Of a stretch of 6,873 bases of DNA, positions 1 to 6,873 are shown one piece after another; positions within the stretch are counted from its first letter, which is position 1; each line of letters opens with the position of its first letter. This stretch comes from Fonticula alba ATCC 38817 (Eukaryota; Protista; Nucleariida). The notes below the pieces were generated by a model, which was not told where the DNA came from, did no database searches, and saw nothing but the letters and a program-made list of their open reading frames with translations. The stretch lies in assembly GCA_000388065.2 (NCBI GenBank), contig KB932202.1. One strand, 5' to 3'. The position numbers and the translations under genes are program-made.

Positions 1-317
1 CCCCCCCCCCCCTCGAAAAGAGGCTGCTTTACTCCTTCCCCGCAAAATACCACACATTTCAAACTCTCCCCCTGACACATCGTTTTGAGGGCCATCAGCC
101 GGGCGTGTATATTCTTTTGGATGCAGCACAGCGATGGGAGACACCAAAAGGATGGGTCCATCCCGGTGTCCGATACTCCCTTCCCCTGGCCATCACACAC
201 ATGCACAATCACAACCGGACATGTGTATGAAGGGCAGAGGAAGGCCCAAAGGGCGAAGGAGAGAGAGGGGGAGAGGAGCAAGAGGCAAGCCGGGGGAGGG
301 CATGCCGGCCGAGCACC

Positions 318-661
318 TTACCAGATGAAGGGGAAGAGACGGCGGCGCTCACGGGGGTAGTTGGGGAAGTCCGCGCGGTAGCGCTTGTGCTTGGTGTTGG
401 CCCACTCGGACATCTGAGCAGCGCCGACCACGGTGAACAGCATGCACGACCAAGTCCGAGTCATGAGCGACACGGCAACCCAGCCAAGGATCTCAAACAG
501 GTAGTTCGGGCAGGAAACCAGGTTGAAGCCAAAGCCATAGGGGATACGGCGATCGCGAGTGCCAGGGGGGCGGAGGTTGCGCAGGGTGACATGGGCATAC
601 AGGTTGGAAAGCTGGCAGAACTGTGATGTGTGAAAGCACGCGGTTGCGACAGGAGACCGGC

Positions 662-696
<35 letters not shown>

Positions 697-1787
697 GGCG
701 GGTGCGTGTCAGTGTACGAAGGTGGAGAAGGGGGGGAAAGCGCGGGGCAGGGATTAGTCGGCCATGGAGTCGCAGAAGGGAGGAGAACGCACGGCCCAGA
801 AGGCGGTCAGGCCCCAGAGCATGCCGCTGCTGGTCTCGACGACGGCCTTCGAGGGACGGTAGAAGTCCAGGGCGAAGAGGGCGCCACCAAGAAGCCAGTA
901 GTAGGCGCTGTTCTTGAAGATGTTGCGAAGGGGCATGGTGGAGTGCGAGAACCGGTGCACGAAGACGGTCTCCAGCTCGCGCTTGGCGTAGTGCAGGAGG
1001 TTGAGGATGACCACGTGGCTGATCGGGGAGGTGCGTGGGCCCGGGAGGGCGACAGGGGCATGGTGAGAGGGGGAACGCCAGCGGCGGGAGGATCAAAAGG
1101 AGCGACAGTCGGAGACAGAGGGGGAGAGCAGGGAAAAAAGGCAAGGAGGCGAAGTGTCCTTGCGACTGCCAGGCGCACGTCTGCAGGGCACTGGGAGTGG
1201 TGCCGTAGAACTTCGGCAGGCCCCAGTAGGCCAGGAGGTGGATGACCAGCGGGCCGAAGTACTCAACCAGGAAGACGGTACGGTAGCCGACCTGCGGGCC
1301 GAGATCCTTGAAGGTCAGGACCTCGCCGTTGTTAACACCAGCGCTCTCAAGGGCACCGTGGGTCAGGACGACGCGGCGCTCTGTTGGGTGTATGTGTGTG
1401 TGTGTGGGGGGGGGGGAGAAAGAGGGAGGGCAAGCAAGATGTTAGCAGGGGGCCGCGAGGTGTGGCGAGGCCAGGGGGAGGAGAAATACGTCAAGAGAGA
1501 CAGGTGGCAAGGATGACTGAAAAGGAAGGGGGGGGGAGGGGGGCCGGGGGGGGGGCACGCACGATCCTTGTTGACAAAGGTCATGCGCTGGCGGTCGGGG
1601 TAGTACTTGGGGACTGGGCGACAAGGGGTCAGTTGAGAGGACGCCAGACGGAGGCAGCAAATGCGCAGCGGACTGGGGGCATACACTTCTTGGCGAAGGC
1701 GGCCTTCAGCTCCTCCACAGTGGAGGCGGTGAACTCATACTCGCCCTTGGAGGGGACCTTCACCTTGAGGGTGACGGACTTGCTCAT
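318..1787 (-). CDS. TECR: Very-long-chain trans-2,3-enoyl-CoA reductase (TECR/Tsc13; steroid 5-alpha-reductase family with N-terminal ubiquitin-like region), 5 exons, 294 aa
   Basis: Manual splice model: complement join(1787-1685, 1613-1563, 1380-1179, 1018-793, 620-318) = 885 nt. All four introns are GT..AG with matching phases (donors GTATGC, GTGCGT, GTGCGC, GTGCGT; all acceptors CAG). ATG context is caccATG and the stop is TAA at 320-318. The product [19 protein letters not shown]...[12 protein letters not shown]...[22 protein letters not shown]...[34 protein letters not shown]...[16 protein letters not shown]...[22 protein letters not shown]...[24 protein letters not shown] contains the hallmark TECR/Tsc13 motifs (KDLGPQ, HY.KR..ET.FVHRFS..TMP, KN..YYW, CPNY..E, PFI). 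Confidence 0.95.
662..688. repeat. (GT)13 / (CA)13 microsatellite in TECR intron 4
   Basis: A perfect GT dinucleotide run at 662-687 is seen directly. A shorter (TG)6 lies at 1393-1404 in TECR intron 2. Confidence 0.95.
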
Positions 1788-1804
1788 GGTGAAATGTTGT
1801 GACG

Positions 1805-1969
1805 CTTCGGGGGGAGGGGAGGCCGCGGAGGCAGAGGGGGCGAGAGCAGAGCACGGGAAATCGGGGTGAGCTAGGGCTGCAGCGTGGCAGGAACAGCGGC
1901 AAGAATGGCCGGGGGCGGGGTGGGGAAAGACAAAAAAGCGAGGCGAGCAAGGGGCGGCAAAATGCTCAC
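1805..1969 (-). other. Probable 5'-UTR intron of TECR (165 nt)
   Basis: GTGAGC donor at 1969. A CTCAC branch-like motif near 1870 is followed by an AG-free pyrimidine tract up to AAG at 1807-1805, 17 nt before the ATG. Size is similar to the other introns. The upstream in-frame reading hits TAG (2027-2025) with no ATG, so the upstream exon is non-coding. Confidence 0.45.
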
Positions 1970-2180
1970 CAAGTGGCAGGAGGGGGAACAGCAACAGGCG
2001 AACAAATCTCGGTGGCCCGGCGTCCTACGCGCACGAGAGCCAACATACACCCTTTTCAGAGGGCGTGGCGAGGGGAGGCCCCGGCGCGAGAGCACGCCCC
2101 CACCGCGTCACGCTCGAGGTTTCCCATGCTGTGCAGCCCTGGTCCCCTGTTCCCGAGGGCAGAGGGGGGGGGCTATTCGT

Positions 2181-2199
2181 CCGTTTCGCGCGGAAACGG
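2181..2199. promoter_or_regulatory. Inverted repeat CCGTTTC-GCGCG-GAAACGG containing an E2F/SCB-like core (TTTCGCGC; CGCGAAA on the minus strand)
   Basis: The perfect 7-bp arms with a 5-nt spacer are seen directly, about 395 nt upstream of the TECR ATG. A regulatory role is inferred only from resemblance to known E2F (TTTSSCGC) and SCB (CRCGAAA) consensus sites. Confidence 0.3.
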
Positions 2200-2200
2200 C

Positions 2201-2272
2201 CAAGCACAGGCCCAAGCACAGGCCCAAGCACAGGCCCAGGCACGGAGACAAGCACGGAGACAAGCACAGGCG
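2201..2272. repeat. 12-nt tandem minisatellite, 6 units
   Basis: Units: CAAGCACAGGCC x3 (2201-2236), CAGGCACGGAGA (2237-2248), CAAGCACGGAGA (2249-2260), CAAGCACAGGCG (2261-2272). Confidence 0.92.
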
Positions 2273-2668
2273 TGCCCGCACACCCGTCTCCACCCACCCT
2301 CGGCCCGGCCGCCGCCATCCGCCCCTAAGTCTTAGACGACCACCTCATCCGCCCGGGCATGAGCACCATAAAACCCGGACCCAGACCGCCACACCCGAAG
2401 GAGACAAAGGAACCTCACAGTCGGCACCAGCCCCCATATTACCAGCCAAGGCAGGATGCGCCCCATTTTTCCTTCCTTGACTGGTACCGCGCCATTCCCC
2501 GGCCTTCGCCATCCGTCTCGGGGCCAGGTGAAAAAAGGTGCCCTGCAACAGTGCCCCCCGCCCCCCGGCCTCCCGCGCGTTTTCAGGCCGCCCATCCGGG
2601 CACCGCACGGCAACACAAACGAAGAAGTTCGCTTGGCGGGCGCGCCCATCTTCTAAACTGTATTGTTG

Positions 2669-5600
2669 TTAATCGAAATGCGCCAAAAGATCGTCCATCG
2701 ACGTTGGCGCCATGTTCTGGACCTCGGGCAGCAGCCGGTCCAGACACGATTGCCCCTGCTCGCTGAGCGAGTCGCGGAGCAATGCCCAGGAGCGTGGATC
2801 GGCCGGTCTTCATTCAAAAGCAAGGGCAGCCACACAGGGCAGGAGGAAACAGTCAGTTGCTGGATGGCTTTCCAAGAGCGGCCCCCGCCCCCCGCCCGTC
2901 TCTCCCCCGGCCCCGATCTAGGTTGGCACAGAAAAAAAAAAGAACGCACGATTCGGCGCATGCACGCCAGGCCCACAGCCCCGCCAGCGAAGACTTCCCC
3001 ATGCGGTGGTACACTTGCGAAAGGCCGAGCGCGGCACGCTGGCCCCCGGCCCAGCCGTCCGATCGGCCGGCCAGTGGCCACAGGAATGCCTCGGCCGCCA
3101 GAGCCGGCGCCTCGGCCAGGGCATATGCCCCGGCCAAACTGGCCCACGCATCGTCCGGACCCCCGGCATGGTCCGATGCCAGGCCCACGCCGGCCGGGAG
3201 GCCACACACTGCACGCTCCAGCAGGCCTGTCGCCCGGCGAAGGTGGACACTTTCCCAGCCGGTCAGGAAGAGGGCCATCGCGTGGTCCGCCTGCACCACC
3301 AGCGATCCGGGACGCACGCCGGCCGGGTCTTCGGCCAGGGCCACCTCCGCAAGGAGGCCAAGCGCCTCGCGCGCTGGCAGGCACACCAGCAGTCGGGTGA
3401 GCTCCGCCTCCGGGTCACCCGGGGCCAAGGCACCACCGCCGGTGCAGCCGCCCCCCTCCGGGAGATGGTCATCCAAGGGCAGGAGACGGAAAAGCAGGCC
3501 GCTCAGCTCCGCGCCATAGTGGTGAAAGGAGGCCCGCGCCACCGGGGCCAAAAGAGCCCGAGCCCCGGCCAGGTCGCCCTGAAGGGCATGTGCCCGGGCA
3601 AGCAGGACCGCGGCCACGCCGCCATGCCCGGCTGCCAGGAGGAACACCGGTCCAAGGCAAATGCAGGCGGCCTGCCCGGCCGGGGCCGGCATGCACCGGT
3701 CACATCCGCCGCCCGTGTCTTGCCCGGTCCCGCGGCCGGTCAGCAGCACACGAAGGGCACTGGCCGGCTCGGTGCGCAGGACCGTGGTCAGCGTGTGTGC
3801 CTCAAATAGCCGGCCCATCAGCGACAGGGCCACGGCATGCTCCAGGCCGAAGAGGGGGCTCCCTCGGATGTGCACGACTGCGGCGCGAAGCTGCGCCACA
3901 ATTCGGCCAAGCTACACCGGCGGTCGGGGGGGGGGGGGGGAAGGGGCCAAAACCCGGCGGGGGGGGCCCTCCCGCCCGGGGGCACAGGAGGAGACACACC
4001 CGGGGGGCACAGGCGGAGGCGGGGGGGAGGGGGGGGGGGGGGGGGCGGGGGGGGGGGGGGAGGAAAAAGGGAGGGGGGGGGGGGGGGGGAGGGGGGGAGG
4101 GGGAGGGGGGGGGGGGGAGGGGGGGAAAGGAGGAGAAGGGAGGGGAAGGAGGGGACAAGTTGGAGAATGAACATCCGGTGAGTATGTGCGTTTGTCGTCA
4201 AAGAGGGGGGGGGGGAGGGGAATTTCCCCGCACTCGGCACCCCGCGGGGTGGCGCGGTCCCGCACGCCCGGCTGCTTCGCTGCCGGCTTGTGTGTTCCTG
4301 CCTGCGCCCGGGGGCGGATGGGCTGATCCATGAAAACAACCAATGGATTGACTCTTCGTTGGCATTTCCTGGGCCTCCCGGAGCCTCCCGCCGCGGCCTG
4401 GGGCACGGTTGTTGGGCCGGCTGATGAGAAGGGCTTTTTCGCATTTCCAGCGTTTCCGCGCATTTTGAGCTGGCCGTGTCCCGCCTCGCCGCACCCCCGG
4501 CGCCCCGCGCCCCCCTCGGCCTGTACGCCGCTGGGAGGCGCGCATGAAAATTGGCTGGGCCGTCGGCCTCTTTGCTCTTTGCCTTACGTGTCGTGCTGCG
4601 GTAGCAGGTTGGGCGTCTCCCCCCCCCCCCCCGCGCCCCGCGCCCCGCGCCCCCGAGACACAGGGGCCCCGGCAGAGGGGGAAGAGGGGTCGGCCCGGGA
4701 GCATCAGCAGGTGGCACTGGACCCGGCAAAGGGGCCTCGGGAAGGGGGAGAACTGGGTCCGGGCTCGACGCGCGAGTGGACAAGGAGACCCAGCAACGTG
4801 AATGCGGCGGAAAGAAAGAAGGCGAGGGCAGGGCGCCCCGCCCTCCGCCGGCCGGTCCCGGGCCGCCCCTCCCACAACCCCGGGCAAGATGAGAATGGCA
4901 GCCTAATATGCATCTGGGGTGGGGCGTTTTGTCCGTCTCGTGCGGGCGCCTTTTTTGATTCGCCNNNNNNNNNNGGGGAGGGGGGCAAACAAGAAGGGGG
5001 TTCCCTGGGCGGACCCCATGCGCACTTGCTCCACGGTGGCCACAAAGTGCGACAAGACCAGCCACGCGCCCCAGTGCAGTGGATCCAAGACGGCCGACGC
5101 CAGGGCCAACAGGAAGAAGGGCGGCCGCCGAGCCCCCGGGACCGGAAGGGTTCCAGCTGCGCGGCTCTTCTCAAGTAGCATAACCGCTGCCAGCCAAAAG
5201 AGCCGCGCGAGGCCGCTCATGGCTGCGAGGCCGCCTGGCAATCGGCCGACCCGGCGGAGCAGTGCCGTCACGGGCCGATCGCCCGGCGGAGCGCCCAGCC
5301 AGGCGAGGCAGGCGCGCAAAGGCTCGGCGGAAGCCGATCCAGGGTGCTCCAAAGTGCGGCCCTCGGCCTGGGCCAGCTCGGCCATCAGCAGGACGACCAA
5401 ATCGCGCGAGATCTCGTCGACCGAATTGAAAAAGGCGGCTGAGCGCCGGCGACAAATCGGTCAATCGGAGACAGCGGGCAGGAGGACCGATGCTGTCTTG
5501 CATCCGTGGGGGGAGCAGGAGGACAAGGCGAAGCGGGAGACGGCACGCGGGTGGGATTTGCCGCGCAACGAGGCGTACTATCAATGGAGCCCACCCCACG

Positions 5601-6225
5601 GCGCATGGTGAAACGCGCCGGCGGCCGGGGGGCCGGCGGCTGAAGTGTCGTTGCCCCGGTGCCAAAGCGATTGGCATACAGTCGAACGGTGGCATCCTGC
5701 CGCCGGCGGTCGGCGTCCAGCCACCGGGCATAAAGCCCGGCAAAGGCGTTTCCAAGGTCCCTTGGCCGGGCCGTGGCCAAGCCCGGGCCGGAAGAGCGCC
5801 GGTCGGCCGGGCCGTGGCCCGCCTGGTAGGAGGCCCGCAGGAAGGCATGGCCCTCGTGCAGTGTGTTCCGGAGCTGTGTGCGTGCGCGAGCGGCAAGCGG
5901 AGTGCTCATTTGCATGGGACAGCCCGGGTGGCCGATCGGCCGCGCCCCACTGGCAGCCAGGTGCACCGCCTCCGACAGGAGGGCAGTGCCTGGTGCCAGA
6001 CAGCCAACCAGGTCGGACAGCCTGCAGCAGGTGGGAGGGGGAGGAGCAGAAGGGTCAGCCATAGTGTCGGAGTGTGGGGGAAGCCGGCGCCGAGTGTCGC
6101 TCGGCGCACCATCTGGCCGAGTCATGGAGCGCATGCTCATTTAGCGAGACAACCGCCCGATCGGCTTCCTGGCGGAAGGCCATCGCCAACTCCTCCAACG
6201 AGAGGGGGCCTTGCGGCGAGACCAT
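2669..6225 (-). CDS. CDC23: Divergent anaphase-promoting complex subunit 8 (APC8/Cdc23)-like TPR protein, at least 6 coding exons; internal structure between 4717 and 3912 unresolved
   Basis: Phase-consistent exons: 6225-6110 (gccATGG, MVSPQGPLSLEELAMAFRQEADRAVVSLNEHALHDSAR), 6021-5579 (W-LSDLVGCL...NAFAGLYARWLDADRRRQD), 5438-5026 (...ASAVLDPLHWGAWLVLSHFVATVEQ), 4913-~4718 (MHIRLPF...LAFFLSAAFTLLG...), 3911-2950 (LGRIVAQLRAAVVHIRG...AWASLAGAYAL...RAALGLSQVYHRMGKSSLAGLWAWRACAE) and 2807-2669 (SPADPRSWALLRDSL...LLAHFD*, TAA at 2671-2669). Donors are GTGCGC, GTACGC, GTGCGC and GTGCGT; acceptors are CAG, CAG, CAG, TAG and AAG. The motifs occur in the same order as remembered Cdc23 motifs (RGL..SAKW..EL; FL..Y..YL.GEK; P..W.AW.EL; FF; .Q.A......R; WTLMGHEY; RAWYGLGQ.YE..G; P.D.R.W). 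Identification is by motif memory, not by search. Confidence 0.8.
3926..4220. repeat. Low-complexity G/A-rich (C-rich on the sense strand) tract in an APC8-like intron
   Basis: Multiple long G homopolymer runs interrupted by A, densest at about 4017-4155. Run lengths may be unreliable. Confidence 0.85.
4234..4595 (-). CDS. Candidate additional exon of the APC8-like gene: either a 362-nt Arg/Gly-rich exon (4595-4234) or only an 8-nt microexon (4595-4588)
   Basis: A phase-1 donor GTGCCA at 4717 joined to the CAG acceptor at 4598-4596 enters an open frame (T-RHVRQRAKRPTAQ...HPAGCR). That frame can exit in phase 0 at GTAAGG (4587) or GTGCGG (4233), and both match the phase-0 TAG acceptor at 3914-3912. 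The donor at 4233 is immediately followed by a C-run, as at other introns here. Solutions in the other two frames (donors at 4240 and 4265) also exist. Confidence 0.35.
4965..4974. other. Assembly gap (N10) inside APC8-like intron 3 (5025-4914)
   Basis: Ten Ns. The flanking exons join in phase 0 (…VEQ|MHIRLP…), so gene continuity across the gap is plausible, but the true intron length is unknown. Confidence 0.95.
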
Positions 6226-6873
6226 GGCCGGTGAGGGAGCCTCGGGCGGCAAGGCACAGGGAGGCACGTGAGGCAGGCAGGCAGGAAAGGGGCGGCGGGC
6301 AAGAGGGGGCGAGAGGGGGGAGATGTGTCGGGGGCAGAGCGATGGACTCGACTTTCATGGGAAGGATCCTGCCCGGGGCAGGGCCAAGCTCCCTCTTTGG
6401 GCGGATCGACGACAGAGAGGGCGGCCTCATGATGCGAAGGTAGGGGGGGGGGGGGGGGGGGGATCTAACCCAAGATCCAGGCAAAGAAGGCCATCCGGCT
6501 CCTTTCCCCTTCGGTGGAAAGGACCATCGTAGGGGATGGCCGGGAAAGCCGGAGATCGAGTGCCGGTTCTCCCCAGCCGAGGAAGACGCGGCATGGGTAG
6601 CTCTAGTTTAAACGACACCCGCACCGGTCCCCCAACGGACTCGGCCGCAGAACACGCCCAGAACATGTGTAGAACCGCCGGAAGCCGGCACCTCGGGGAG
6701 GGCGAGCAACGCCCGTGATCAGCAGCCGGTGGCACGTGTCGGAGGAACCTCGACCCTACCCGGACCGGGTCCGTTTTCGAGGGATAATGCCACGCAGCCG
6801 CACCAGGACTCGCATGCCGAGCTCTCTTTAACCCACCAGCTTCAAACAGGAAACACCACCGGGGGGGGGGGGG

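Noticed and set aside
136-194. 3' hairpin as a SECIS element
   Set aside because: No AUGA/GA quartet with an apical AA motif on the sense strand, and TECR has no in-frame TGA.
387-1516. Plus-strand ORFs over TECR (387-626, 664-1245, 1154-1516 and others)
   Set aside because: These are antisense shadows of well-supported minus-strand TECR exons.
2201-2272. 12-nt repeat array as a CRISPR array or as a coding repeat (QAQA, KHRP or PSTG repeats)
   Set aside because: The units are contiguous with no spacers and the context is eukaryotic. The ORFs spanning the array lack splice or homology support.
4175-4185. Minus-strand ATACTCACCGG resembling the U1 snRNA 5' end (equivalently a plus-strand CCG|GTGAGTAT donor)
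   Set aside because: The downstream sequence is a pyrimidine tract with no U1 stem-loops or Sm site, and no supportable plus-strand exon precedes the site.
2663-4333. Long plus-strand and off-frame ORFs over the APC8-like 3' half (2663-3400, 2782-3519, 3006-3809, 3590-4333, 2653-3384)
   Set aside because: Arg/Pro/Gly-rich shadows of the TPR-coding minus frame or of G-runs, with no independent motifs.
4421-4445. CTGATGA resembling a hammerhead ribozyme core or a C/D snoRNA C box
   Set aside because: No GAAA follows a stem II, no flanking stems I/III are evident, and there is no convincing CTGA D box with a terminal stem.
4330-5178. Plus-strand ORFs 4330-5178 (MKTTNGLTLRWHF...) and 4544-4801 (signal-peptide-like MKIGWAVGLFALCLTC...) as a nested antisense gene
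   Set aside because: They run antisense over APC8-like exons 3 and 4 and across the N gap, become low-complexity, and match no family I recognise. Long open frames are expected at this GC content.
6332-6600. Small divergent plus-strand spliced gene (MDSTFMGRILPG...|GTAGGG ... CAG|)
   Set aside because: Joining the apparent splice sites gives only short ORFs with no recognisable homology. The intervening run is G-rich on that strand, unlike the C-rich sense-strand introns of this genome.
1-6873. The window begins with C13 and ends with G13, resembling terminal inverted repeats of a mobile or linear element
   Set aside because: Complementarity does not extend beyond the homopolymers, such runs are common throughout the window, and there is no transposase or integrase. 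They more likely mark assembly break points.

Overview
GC-rich eukaryotic genomic DNA with short, C-rich spliceosomal introns, one N10 scaffold gap and two intron-containing genes head-to-tail on the minus strand. Gene 1 (1787->318, 5 exons, 294 aa) is a complete, conventional very-long-chain trans-2,3-enoyl-CoA reductase (TECR/Tsc13). Gene 2 (6225->2669, at least 6 coding exons, about 760-880 aa depending on one unresolved internal exon) is a strongly diverged anaphase-promoting complex subunit 8 (APC8/Cdc23)-like TPR protein. It carries Gly/Pro/Ala-rich insertions, has degenerate versions of the conserved groove motifs and has an apparently shortened C-terminus. The ~880 nt between the genes holds a 12-nt tandem array directly abutting an inverted repeat that contains an E2F/SCB-like TTTCGCGC core. 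Most ORFs in the supplied track are antisense or off-frame shadows in GC-rich DNA. I found no tRNA, rRNA, CRISPR array or transposase. I cannot support a wholly new biological system here. The best leads are the remodelled APC8 and its unresolved 4234-4717 segment. The organism cannot be determined; the style suggests an intron-rich, GC-rich protist (inference only). All family assignments come from manual translation and remembered family motifs, not database searches.
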